The notes under the pieces are model-generated. The model did not search any database. It had not been told where the DNA came from and saw only the letters and a list, made by a program, of their open reading frames with translations. Both the position numbers and the translations under genes were made by a program. A stretch of 64,000 nucleotides of DNA from Moniliella sp. 'wahieum' (taxonomy: Eukaryota): the NCBI GenBank assembly GCA_003971905.1, contig RSEE01000002.1, forward strand, positions 992,001 through 1,056,000. Reading direction: 5' to 3'. Numbering within the stretch: position 1 is the stretch's first letter; each line of letters begins with the position of its first letter. Positions 12,914 to 25,088 of the stretch are shown piece after piece.

Positions 12914-13968
12914 ATGTATGTCCTCTCCCACAAATGACCCGAGCAGCCTTGAAGGCTTACGCATTCCGACAGCCTATACGTCTGATAAGGGTGCCGCTGG
13001 TCCAAATGAGCGTTGTAGGGTGTGTGGATAGGACCCTGGGCGAGAGAACAGTGCTCTTGTTCGCCCTTGGAATCTGGGCGAGCACGGTTGTGGGTTCCTC
13101 TCGGCGGCAGCGGGCTGGGCAAGCACATGGTGGGCAGGCGGTAAAGCAGAGAGAGGTCGGAGGCGTGGGATGAGGGCGTGTGCCAGGTCAAGCTGGCGTG
13201 CAGGACGGCAAGGGTGTAGCGCGGAGCGATGCCGCCGGTCTTATTCAGCGCGGGTGAGGGAGGCAGGTGGCGAGGCGGCGAGAGTGGCGTCGAGCATGGC
13301 TGTGTGGGGATGCTGACGATGGGATGGGTGGGCTGGGAATGGGGGTGGGAGAGCCAGCTGTGCGAGCCAAGGGGGGCAACTGGTGGGTAGGCGTGCGCTA
13401 TGTTTCAAGAATTGGCTTAAAATCTCAAGAAATCTCAACGTTGGGCCCGGCTGGCCCCAGTTGCGCGCCGAGACCAAAACAGCTCCTTGGCGCAGGACGC
13501 GGAATTCGCTCCTCTGTAATATTTTTCAAGCCTTGGCCGCCAGCCAGAGAGAGAATGGCCGCCAGAAGCTGATAAAATGAAATTGTGTTCTGCATTAAGA
13601 GTTTAAAATTTCCCAGTCGACCGCCCGTGTCCTTGTCTCTCTAGCCCCACTAGGACCCCCATCAATCATTCGCCAAAGCACGTAACTACCTTGAGTCGGC
13701 CCTTTAGGTTCTACAAGGGATTGTACCCCTAAACCCCCGGCCGGGCCCCCTGGCGGCGCACACCCGTGCGTGATACTGCCAGTGGTCTCAGCCATACCGC
13801 GTAACGCGTAACGGACAACCGCAGTTACAGGTGGCCAGTTTATTAGGCCACCGTTTAGAAGGGTATAGCATTTCTTTTTGTCCCAGACTTACTGCTGCAT
13901 GACATATATGCCTACGGCATAATTGTGTGAGACGGGCAACCCAGGATAGAAAAAGGAAGAGGAAAAGA

Positions 13969-14041
13969 TACTCAACGGAGATTCGAACCTGCGGTCTTCC
14001 GTATTACCCAAGGATGGGCTTAACCGCAACACTGTTTAGTC
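13969..14041 (-). pseudogene. Degenerate tRNA-like sequence (pseudo-tRNA or SINE head)
   Basis: Minus strand has a B-box GGTTCGAATC, a near-complementary acceptor stem ACTAAAC/GTTGAGT and downstream T runs; the T-stem and anticodon stem do not pair properly. Confidence 0.4.
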
Positions 14042-14712
14042 TGGATAGGAGAGTTTCCAAAAAGGATTGACCTCTATAACGGATTTTGTGATGCCAAAAA
14101 ACCCCTTCATCAGTCCCCACACTACCAAAGTATGTAACCTGATCGACTAGATCTCAGGGACCTGGAAGGCCTGATCGCCGAGATCTGTCCCCATCATTAG
14201 GAAAATGCCAAAGCCATCGTGAGTAGGAGATACATCGATACAGGGAACCCAAGCCGGCGGGAAGTTCCGGTCACCGGTCGCATCATAGTATTCCATGTGA
14301 CCGGTGTCCTCTGTCTCCTAAGATCAAACGCGCTAATTGAGCGCTGGTGTATAGGTGGGGCCCCACACATTAGAGTGGGCCCATCTCGGAGAAAGCCGGG
14401 CCGGAGTCATGCGTCACGCGTCACGGGTGTCGAGCAGGGGGAACATCACATTTCAGGATCTCCCAAAAGGCTGTAGTGCGGGTGAGATGACATAATTGGG
14501 GTGGCGCCGTATGGGCTGACATGGGAAACCCAGAAACAACATGGAGCTGTCGGATGTGCTGCGATTTAGTAGTTATCCACATACTGTCATCCGGGGGAAT
14601 ATAGCAGGTGCCGCTGGCATCGCGCTCAGCGTTGGAGGCCAGCGAAGAACGATCCGGAATTAACTGTGCATTACTCTTTCATCCACCATCTTCGCGTTCA
14701 CACCTGTTGGCA

Positions 14713-16401
14713 ATGCTGGTGCAAGACAAGCCGTTGCTCACCTTTACTCTCGTTGCCGGCATCTCGACCCTGGCTGTAGGATATGCGCTGTGGCGCACTT
14801 CCCGCGTACCTCCGTCCAAGAAGGACAATAAGGAGGGAAAGGGCCAACACCGTACGCGCACTACCTTCCTTAACCTTGGACCCGAGACCGATTCGGCACC
14901 AGAAGCATCATGACGGACCAATGGCTCATGAAGACATTCCCATTACCGTCACTACGAAGAAGAGTTGCCTGCGATACCCAATGGAGCAATCAGTAGGTTG
15001 TCTATCTTCGCTCCACGTTCATTACTGACCCTCGGCCAGACCTGGAGTCTTCCTCAAATCCTACCGGCCTGGAACCGCTGCGCGAACCATACCTGCTTCC
15101 GTCTCAGGAGGAACTCTCGAGTTATATCCAAAGGTCGCTGAAATCGAGACCCCAACCGTCAAATCGCGCAAGCCTGAACCAGTCATCCCCAATACTTCCG
15201 CCACGTCAGAGTTCTCTGATGTATCAACCACGAGGACCCAACAATCGAATGTTTTGCTCTCCGATCTAGTGAACAATAATCATTCGGGCACACACCTTTC
15301 CATGACGGCTCCGTCCCAGTGTCCTGCGCCTACTTTAGAAGCCATGGGGGATATGCCTGCAATGTCGCCCGCCCTTTCTACTCCCACAGCACCGAGAATA
15401 CTTCCCCTCCAGAAAGAGGATGATCGTCCTGTTGTCCCCGTCACCGTGACTGGGCTCCCCCCCGAAGCGAGCAAGACGGCAAACCAAATCCCCAGCACGC
15501 CACCGACGGCCCGCAGGAGCACACAACAGGACCCGCGCATTACGCGTGTGGACCAATCAGCATCACGTGAGGAAAAAGAGCCATCGAATCGGGGAGAAAG
15601 AAAATCCACTCCCCCGCTCGAACGGACACCTGTATCCAAGGTAAAGGACAGCAGTTTCCCCATGCCACCCCAGAACTCTCCTCGTATCCCTTTCTCTCAC
15701 AACCGCCCCGAATCGGATTGGCACAGTCCTAGTAGCCCCCCCGAGCCACGCCCTCTCCTCGTCCTCGCTCTTCCATGTTCTTCGGTTTGCACCGTCATGA
15801 TGCGGAAGAGAAGCCCCTTTCGACGGACAACGAGTCACCGGTCAAGTCGAAAAGCGTCGACAGTCGTTCAGCAAGCGCGCCTCGAGCCTATTCCACAAAA
15901 AGACGTCCTTGCCTACAAACGCGCCCCCGTTGCCGACGGATGCGGGGATGAACATCCATGCGGCACAGCCGGAACGCAAGCGTGTCTCAGCCGGCAGTGC
16001 CCCACCACTCCCATTTATCTTATGGCTCGGACACAACGCACCGTTCTGCATACCCTCTCATCATAACGGCTTTTGCGAGTGACACAACCAACAGGGAAAG
16101 CAGCGCACCTACACCCCCCTCGGCAACCAACACTTTCCTCAGCTCGGTGGGCAAGGTCTCCCCCATTGACAGTGAGGGAAATCTCTTACTCACTCCCAAG
16201 ACTTCTCCCAATATGGACAAGGGCCCCGCGCACTCTGCCGGTGGCTTATCCCCACCGGTTTCCAGTGAGCTTCATGAAGACGAGGAAAAGCGGCCTGGAG
16301 TCGGAACGCGTCTGGGGCGGCTGAGCATCATAACGAAGCGTGGATCCCAGCTGGATTCGAGCCAAGGGCCTCCCATGTCTCACAGCCTGCACCAAGTGTA
16401 A
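14713..16401 (+). CDS. Hypothetical Ser/Pro/Thr-rich protein with N-terminal membrane anchor (frameshifted in assembly)
   Basis: MLVQDKPLLTFTLVAGISTLAVGYALWR hydrophobic segment followed by overlapping low-complexity ORFs 15254-16066 and 15958-16401. Confidence 0.55.
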
Positions 16402-17109
16402 AGGACCTGTGATGGATGAGATCTTCTTTCGCCGTGGATTGTTTTCAAAGCCCATTCACCCACTTTCGTGTCTGCTACCACACAGATATCAGAGGTTTCG
16501 TCAACATGCTGAATTCATACCACCCGTCTTAGTATGTCGTTGAAATTGCGGACCGCTAAAGGCACAACATGTGCTATTCCCGCGTGCTTTTCGTGCCCTC
16601 TTTTGAATCTACGCTAGTGGAGGTTTAGGGTGTCTATAAATTGGCTTTCAATGGGTCTTCTCTACTAGAGACAAAACAGTTCAATAGGTATATGTGGCAT
16701 ACTTAGTATCACTCCAGTCTCTAAAATTCGTTAACCGTTAACACCCAGACAAGATCTGTCTCTGCATTATAAAAAACAGCTTCAGGCAATTGTTCCGAAT
16801 AAATGAATGGGGCAACTCATCGGGCTCATTAGGTCATACAGGGAAAGACGCTCGCCGATTAGTACGATAGGCTGGTTAGTCGCCCTCATAATGTACGGAG
16901 AGAAGGGGTCTTGTGAGCCCAGTAATATGAAAGACGTGAGTAAAAGACAGTTGGGCCAATTGGCCGTATATTGCTGCTGCTCAGGGTCGTATAGATGGCG
17001 CAGCTGTGGGTGTTGTTGTGTCATGAGTGCGAACCCGGGATTCGTGCACATGTAGGGGGTTCAAGCACTCTGGTATTCACAACTAGATGAAGAAATGAGA
17101 AAGAGGAAA

Positions 17110-18791
17110 CTAGACGCTGTTGTCCCTGCAGGAGAAAGGTTGCCCAGAGGTGGAAGAGTCCTTGGCCATTGCCACAGCAGCGGCATACGTTCCGCACCCC
17201 GTAAAAAGCACCCTGCACCCACGAGAACGGCGCTCAAGATAAAGATCATCTGGTCTTTCTTGGACCCATGGTGGAACGAACGGTTCCAAGCGCGTTGCAG
17301 CCAAGTTTTGCCTGGAGGCGTAACAAGAGTGCCTGTGGAAGGATGCGCAAACTCGAGGGAGAGCATGTACAGCCCCATAAGGCCAGTGAGACCGACGACC
17401 AAGAATCCGCCCGTCAAAGCGCCAATGAGGGAAAGCAAGTCATCAAACACTGGTACCGCACATGCGAGCACAAAGCCGAGAATGAGTACGGTGCAAAAGG
17501 AAGCCGACCAGACGACCCAGTGTACAGGGGTAGAGTGGTTCAGGTGGCGTGTCCCGCGTAGAGCACGCACGAAAATATACTTGGCACCGATGTGCCACAG
17601 GAGAAGGGCACTAACAAACAATCCAAACAGAGCGATTGAATAGCACACAATCTTGAGTGTTGGCCCAGCCGTGGCGAGGACAGGGGAGGAGGAAAGCCAC
17701 TTGCCCGCCCGCCCATAGACCAGACAGGCAATCACAACGTACGTGATGCAGACAAAGCCTTGTCCCGCATAGACCGACTTGAGGAAATCTTCCGGTCTCT
17801 TCATCTCGGCCGAGATGGAGAAGAAACCAGGGGTTCCCATTAAGGCAAAGAGCTGCGTTGAAACGGCGTTCATTGCCTTGTACAGAGGGTAGCGTACGGC
17901 AGCCTGGACTTCGTTTCCCGCACCAGGAGGGCGGCTTTGGCCTTTGCCCTTGACGAGTATGGCAATCGTTTGCACCCACACTGATACGATAACGCATGTC
18001 AAGCCGATATAGGACAGGATTGCCACCCGTTCCATCTCGTGCAGAATTGATCCGATAATACACACAAAGCCGGTCACAATACCCGCAAATGCGAGTGTAC
18101 AGAGCCCGTGGAGGGTGATCGCATTAAAAGCGATGGTCAAAGTCCTGTCAAAGCATTAATATCTCTCTCCACCAGGGGATCATAGCCGTAATCGGGAAGG
18201 AAGGAAGATGACTTACTCAATGGCCGAACCGGCAAAGAGGATGAATACAATGCAATAACTCCAACCAAACACCTCACCGCCCACGCGACCGCCAATCATG
18301 TACCCAAAGTCGCCAACTGAGTGGATATGGGGATAGCGCATGCGGATCTTGGCAATGTACCATGACGAGAGAGTGGTGATTGCACATAAGAGCAAAAGGG
18401 AGATGAGGCCCGGTACAAAGCCCAGGGTCCCGAAAGTGGCGGGAATACCTAGGATGCCAACTACCAAAAGCCGAGTCAATCTTCCATCATCTCTCATATA
18501 CGAGAACAGGGACGGGAGTGGGGAAGAGGATGGGGACAATGAAGAGGATTGTGGGACGTACTTCCGATTTGGGATTTCGCAGCCACGACAGCACCTTCTT
18601 TCCAGTCCATTCGGCGAAGCTCGTTATCCTCGCCGAGCACGTCCTCCTCACCTTCGGGATAGGTATGCCCAACCTCGTATACGTCCACTCGGCCCCGTTC
18701 CCTCGCCCTCGTACCGCTTTTCATCTTTCTCCTCCTTGTTAAGGTGGGAAGAAGGGAGCTTCACGGTCTCTTCGATGGTAGAAGCAGACAT
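17110..18791 (-). CDS. Amino acid permease, Aa_trans/AAAP family (Neurospora Mtr-like), 2 introns
   Basis: RRMDWKEGAVVAAKSQIG / GILGIPATFGTLGFVPG, YPHIHSVGDFGYMIGG, GFFSISAEMKRPEDF, VPVFDDLLSLIGAL, and C-terminal FSCRDNS typical of fungal Mtr permeases. Confidence 0.9.
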
Positions 18792-19513
18792 AATGTTGGT
18801 GTGGTCATGGTAGGGAAGTGAGTAGTGAACGGGGGCGGGCCGAACTGTTTGAGACGAGAGGCATAGGCCCGTAACCCATATTCAGCCCACGGTATTCCTA
18901 CCGAACCAACAAGCATCATCAGCTGATGCCTCACACGCCTCACACCCCCTGTGGAGAGTGGGGCTTGTCTTATCGTGGCGCGCCGTAGCAGGCCGTAGCT
19001 CTCGCTGCGGGCGGTTTCGCTGGCTCAGCGCTCAGCGCTCATCATTCGTCATGCATGACCAGGACCAGAGGCGTTCTGCCGTTACGCGTCACCGGTTACC
19101 TCTCGAACCGCAGCGGGGACTCCCCTACTGCCTCGGCTGAGTAGGCTGTGCGCCCTCCGCCGCTGAGTAGGGCGTTTAAGTTCTCAAGCTGAGTGCAGAG
19201 CCGCTGAACCTCGGACGCTGTCTCGGCCCACCGCCCAAACACCCCAATATATCACCCCGTTCGCGGGGAAAACTTCGCAGCGTGAGAGCAGTCTTCGGCC
19301 ATTCGGGCAAATGACGCAGGTATCGAAGCGTTATCGATTATCAGCCACTAGACACCAGCACAGGACCACTTCCATACCAAGATATAACAATTCGCGCGAA
19401 TGTTGTCGATGAAGACTTGCGCAGGGGCACCTACCCTGGTCTACCAGTGGCCTACCCTGGTCCAACACAGGCAAAATGATCATGCACCTGTGTGTGATGC
19501 ACCATGTGACCAT

Positions 19514-20344
19514 TGTCACGGGCGGGCGCCGCCAGGGGGCCCGCCCTGGGGTTTTTGGGGTACAATCCCTTAGGCGACGGTAGGTCGACTCACGATAGTT
19601 TCGGGCTTAGGCTGGTTGGCGTGTCCGAGCGGAGCTAGGAACGAGGAGAGGCCTTTGGTGGGGCGGCTGCACGTGTGGCAAGGCTGCGTCTGCACCGGTG
19701 GGCCGTAGTAACGTGTCTGAAGCCTCCGGGACTTAGGGACGGGAGGAGGCAGCGGCGGACAAACACTGCCTTAACTGGGACTGGGAATCGCCGCGACCGA
19801 AGGAGGGCTCGCGCGATTGGACTGACGAAGGGCTGGAGGACGAGGTCGGAGATGTCGGACGCTAACAAGAGGAGCTGCCATTAGCTGGAAACGGACAGGA
19901 GTCGGACAGGATAGGCGGGAAAGGGACGAAGGTGGAGACGAGAGATGACGAGAATGGAAGGGGGGGAAAAGATCCCCATCAACCAGGGGTACAGGCAGGA
20001 TCAAAAGGGAAACGGATACAAGAGAGGGTGTAGAAAGGAAGACATGTCAAAAGCGGGGTTGGTCGCCGCAGGCGCGACCGAGAAAGGAAACGGAAACGGG
20101 GACGGGACGGCAGATGCCGCCACGGCACTGGAAGCTTGGTGGCCTTATTTATAGGCCGGCCGACTTGGACTTGGGCGGGGGGCGACTATTGTCGCGCGGA
20201 GCATGGCCCTTCGGCCACGATACTTAATTTAGCCAACCATCATCACACTTGGTTGGCCTGCGGAGCACGCTCTACTGGGCATGTTCGGAGCAGGCGGGCC
20301 TTAGCTTGGGTCGGACCATCTCGTGTCCGCCGCAGCCCGTGACA
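19514..20344. mobile_element. Solo LTR, 831 bp
   Basis: Termini TGTCACGGGC...GCCCGTGACA (10-bp perfect inverted repeat, TG...CA). 5-bp TSD ACCAT at 19509-19513 and 20345-20349. TATAAATA on the minus strand at ~20146-20153 suggests minus orientation. Confidence 0.93.
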
Positions 20345-20359
20345 ACCATAGTCGACTGC

Positions 20360-21911
20360 AAGCTTCAGGCTTCAAGCTTCAAGCTTCATGCGCCCCGACG
20401 CCAGCGTTCCGCACACCTCAGGCTGAGGCCCTCGGGCCTTTGAGGCTCAGGACGCTCGCCAATTCGCCAAGCAGATCAGAGCCTAGGGCCTATAATCAGA
20501 GCGCCGAACCCCCAACGCTGAGCGTGTTGAATGTTGAACTGAACAAAAGGGGACCTTGGACCTTAAGCCTTTGCCGCATGCTGAGCGTTGATGTACTTCA
20601 TGTGGGCATCACCACACCCTGGCAGAATTGATACGTCGTTTGCCTTCGGATTATAGTACCTGAACGCCAACGTGGCTTTTAAGAGGCGCTGGATTGGAAC
20701 TGTGGCAGAGCAAGGGTGGTCACCCGGTCACTCAGGGGGTGGCCTCAGCGTGAAATCCGCCCAAGGGCCCTGAGGCCTGATGCAGATGAATGATGTCGAT
20801 GAGCACCGAGTCTGACATCTGTTCATACATTACGCGTTACGCGTTACGCCTCCTTGATGCACTTGATGGGTTACGGTTACGCTTAACGTGTTACGCTGCC
20901 ACCCATTCCTACTTGCAGCGACGATGGAGATGTGCAGATTGACTTCATTCGATCATCAACGTCAACGTTCAACATCATCCTATCCGATTCAGGTCGCGCC
21001 AGTGTTTGAGAGTGACTCAGCTGCGAGACCTCGATAGCTGCAACACTGCCGCAACCGTTTTCCGATGTTCAACGTTCAACGTTCAACGTTCAGTACTCAG
21101 TACTAGTAGTAGGCTTTTCAGGTCCTCCGCCCCCTCGGCGCCTCAGCGCGCCAGAGCCTGGCTATTTCGCTCTGCCCTTTCTTCCTCACCCGTACCTGTC
21201 ACACTCACGTGCCACGGTCCTACTGTTAGGCCTTAGGCCTTTAGGTAATCTGCAATAAGCAATCCTTCATCTCCTTCCTAGCCACATGTCTACTCTTTTC
21301 TACCAACGAATCATTTGCCTCCTTGACTGTACTTGTGGTTCTACGCGTCTTCCGCCAACACATAATTATACCTGCTGCCGATACTCTGCGTCTGCCATGA
21401 TTGATTCATATTCGCCGATGCAGGCTGGGTACTGCTATATATACAAGCTAAAGTGGGAGGGAATGCGGAAATGTACACTTAGCATCAGGTACTCAGTCTC
21501 CAGTAGTAACTACTCGTGTACTCAGCACTCATGATACTTGCAAGATTGGCGGATCTGATGTCGTGCCACATGAGCTTCCCCTGTCCCTTCGGCTTAGGGA
21601 GGCGGAAGCCCTAGGCCTCAGGCCGCACCTGCCGCACTTCGCACGCTTTGCGCGTTACTAGGTAACACTAGTAGATCCACGGAGCAACCGGGTAGGCCCA
21701 CCTCCAACCTTTTCTCGGGTTGGCGCAAGGTTTCTCAGTACTCAGTATAGTATACGCTTTTGTTGATTGGCCGATACTGCCGACAGCCCCCCCTCCCACA
21801 CAGCGAGAACAAAAGGGCCCTCTCAAGTAGCAAAATAGCCAAGCTTCTTCATATTCCCCAGTGGTGCAGTTTGTTGATAGTCAAGCTTCAAGGTTGAACG
21901 TTGATGCATCA
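20360..21911. repeat. Field of heptamer palindromic arrays
   Basis: AGCT 20360-20388; (TTA CGCG)n 20830-20849; ACGT->GTAC 21069-21103; (TTA GGCC) 21226-21240; mixed 21881-21911. Confidence 0.85.
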
Positions 21912-22171
21912 TGCCCTGAATTGCAGGGCAATGAAGGCGACGTGCAACCCGACCCAGGAATAATGAGACGGCTATGGATGGAGGCCAGGCAGACTGGTGG
22001 CTCTTTAGGCATGTGCCATTTGGGGGGGATGGGGTGGGTACAGAGGTCGGGAGTATCGAGAGGAATGGGCATAGCGGCGTTTGCAAGAGAGAGGGACAGA
22101 CAAGGCTCTCCCGCCCAACAAACAGGGACGTACGAATAGTACAGCAAAGCATGTAACGGAGCAAACAAGAA

Positions 22172-22778
22172 TTACTTCTTCTTGCCAGCAATGGCACGAC
22201 CACGACGGCCGGTCGTCTTGGTGTGCTGTCCGCGCACACGCAGCTGGAGGTAGTGACGGATACCGCGGTGAGCGCGGATCTTCTTCAAGCGCTCAATGTC
22301 CTCACGCAGTGCAGAGTCAATGTTGTTCGAAAACAAGCTGGGACGACTTGCCCGTCGTCACATCGCGCTGCCGGTTAAGGAACCAATCCGGGATCTTGAA
22401 CTCCTGCGGGTTATGAAGGATGTTGACCACGCGCTCCAGCTCGTCCGAGTTGAGCTCACCGGCACGTGACAGCGTCAGCTCACGTTCACGATAGAATGGG
22501 TAGGAGAGGAGGAGGGAGAGGGAGGAAGGAGGGGACGGAGGCGGAATGGGGGCATCGCCTACGACGTCCGTGGGATGACAAAAGGGAATCGGGCGAGCCA
22601 CATACCGCTTGTTGAGGTCAATGTCGGCCTTCTTGCACACCATGTTGGCAAAGCGACGACCCACACCCTTAATCTGGGTCAAAGCGTACATAATCTTGAC
22701 CCTGCCATCAACGTTCGTGTTGAGCAAGCGCAAAATGTGCGCAAAGCTCTGCGATGCATCCATAGGAACAAGGGACAT
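22172..22778 (-). CDS. RPS18: 40S ribosomal protein S18 (uS13), 1 intron (~22465-22605)
   Basis: [58 protein letters not shown]...[12 protein letters not shown]...[36 protein letters not shown]; one homopolymer frameshift near 22330. Confidence 0.97.
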
Positions 22779-23101
22779 CTTGGCAATTACTGGGGTGTGT
22801 AAGCTTAGCGGAAGGAGTTGGCCAACTTGTCCACCCACTGAGTTGCGTCCGGGTGGGTGCGGTCGCACTAGAAACAGTGGGTAGGGTTCGAAGGGCGCAA
22901 TAAATTCAACTCTTGAAGACGCGAAACATTAGGGTTGATGCCATTTTGTGCGAAGGCCATGGCAACCCTCGCATTCACGCGTCACGTGCGTCACGTGCGT
23001 CACCGGTCACCTAGCTCAGCGTACCAACAGCATTAGATCGCGTGATGATGTTTCGGAGGCATGATGTGGTGAGGCAGTAGGATAGATGATGCGTGATGCA
23101 C

Positions 23102-24000
23102 ATGATGGGGACGCGGGACGAAGGAAGTAAGTATCCCAGCCTATCCCAGCTGTGCGAATACGCGAACGTCCTTGGCGCGACTGACTGCAAAACGAAAGGC
23201 AATGCCCTGCTGTGGGATGAGTTCAAATTCAAGCTGGCGAACAGGTAACCAAGGGGGACCAGGTGTAGCGTGCCGAAGGCGCTGAAGCTAGCGAAGATAC
23301 AAACGCCCGGCAACAGGGCAGCTTTAGCGGTGTGAGCACCAAGGCAAAAACGTATCAAGCCGTCGCCTTTCCTGCCTGTTGACTCGCGGCCGGCTGGATG
23401 GAAAGTTGTTGTTCAAGTGGCTCCTCGACGAGGATCCCCAGGCGCTCAAAGCCATCCAGTTTCTCATTTTTCTCGCGAGCAAGTCTCCACGGCGGTCTTT
23501 CCATGAACGTCGACGAGACGTCACCGTCGCTCCGTGGTCTCCTCGCCCGCCCCACCTCCTTCCAGCATGCCAACATACGCGACCGTCTATATATGACTGC
23601 TAATTTCTCAGGATAACGCAGGACCTCAGTGCTCCCGTGCTGGGACTTCTCATTGGCGATATGTGGTGTTGCCGCACTCTTTTTCACCTGGGCCTAACCA
23701 CAAAATTGGAGAGCCAGCATGCCAGCGGTAAGCTGCTGTCTTCCATTATATCATGTGCTGTACACATTCAAAGTGCGCGCCTCTTCCGTGGTCTGTGCTC
23801 CGTCCGGTTGGTGCTTAGTGGCTCAATTCAAAAGTCTCTGTAGTTCGGCTCTTCAATGACTACTGAGTTCGGGTTATGTTGACCGTAGCGTCTTTGCGCG
23901 ACGAAAATGCTACGACCTTTTTATTCAGTAAGTCGTCACATCTATTAAGAGGAAATGTCATCCGGTGGGCCACGGCAGGCGTCGGATATGACCTGTCTAT
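23102..24000 (+). other. Possible multi-intron gene or gene relic of unknown identity
   Basis: ATG at 23102; donors GTAAGT 23127, GTAAGC 23728, GTAAGT 23928; branch/acceptor GCTAAT...CAG at 23599-23611; short protein-like segments between them; no recognisable homolog. Confidence 0.3.
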
Positions 24001-25088
24001 GTCCCTGGTGGGTGCCTCTATCGCCGCACCCGCCTGATGCCTTTAGAAAGAAGAGTCCCTTTGAGTAATCCCGCTTAATGTCGATCTCTATACTATGCTG
24101 GCTGCTCGCACTAAGAGCTGATAACTCTCGCCTCCCCTCTTTAACGCTCTCCCGAGAGGTCTTCGCTTCTTTCACGGACTCTCACGGATACGGATTCCCA
24201 CCTTGCTCGGCTGCCTGCCTCGAGGCGAGATAAGACCGGCAAACTGCAGCGGCCACGCTGCACGAAGGCACTATTGGTCCTAAACCCTCACGTGCGATGC
24301 TATACAGCTTTCAAGGTCGGCTGCGTGGCGCTGAATCGCTCCATCGGCCTCTTCTATCCCGTCTGAGCTTATTGACATCATGGGCCTGTAGTCTCACCTT
24401 CATCCCAATCCAAAAGATGCACTCTCTCGCTGTCGAGATCAGACTCACTTTTTGATCACGTTTTGTCACCAAGTTGTCTGGCCCCCTTGATTTGTTCTAG
24501 ACCCTGGTTTCCCCCTTTGGATTGCGCCCCCTCTTTCCCTCCATATGAATTAGCTCGCATGTTTCTTCTGCTTCGAGGCATATGCCTCGTTCTCTTTCCA
24601 CTCGATGAATATGATCCTCATCCTTTCCCCCATCTCCATCCCCCGATACTCTCTCCTTTACTGGCATAGAGGGGGGTTACGACGGCTGCACTCACGATCA
24701 TCAGATCGCCCCCTTCCCTCTCTAACGCTCGACGTGGGCTAAAATTGCTCGCTAAATGGATTGCTTTTCATAGAACTCTAAGGCATCTCGAAGGTAGCCT
24801 CTCTTCCGTCGTCGTGTTCGATCTACTACCACATAGAAGAGTATCAAGAGTACTGTACTAACTATTGATGCTTCTTTGGGCCTGACCCCCAAAGGCCCAG
24901 CCTCTCTCTCGGTTACCGTTTTGTCTGCGCGCATGATTTTGCCTTATCTTCGTTTCTGATTCTTTCTTCGGGAGTATAACTTATGATTGTTACTAGCTAC
25001 CATTAGATGTTCAAGCCCCGAACCCCCCGGCAGATCCTGCCTTATGATAAACCTTCCTCTCAACCGTGGCCGCTCTTCGCATGACCGC

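Larger units (their letters stand above)
10909..13629. mobile_element. Non-autonomous CMC/EnSpm (CACTA-superfamily)-like DNA transposon, 2721 bp
   Basis: TIR CACGGGCGGTCGA is perfect for 13 bp and imperfect to 34 bp (...AACTCTTA). 2-bp TSD TC at 10907-10908 and 13630-13631. Repeated subterminal CTCTCCTG-like motifs at ~10960-11160. Superfamily inferred from the CAC termini and short TSD. Confidence 0.8.
10690..13775. mobile_element. Diverged LTR copy (related to 19514-20344) interrupted by a DNA transposon
   Basis: 13630-13775 plus ~10690-10908, read in reverse complement, align collinearly with ~19514-19830 (gcgccgccagggggccc, ggggtacaatccctt, aggagaggcct across the insertion point, agtaacgtgtctgaagcct, ggactgggaat). 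The left boundary is uncertain. Confidence 0.8.
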
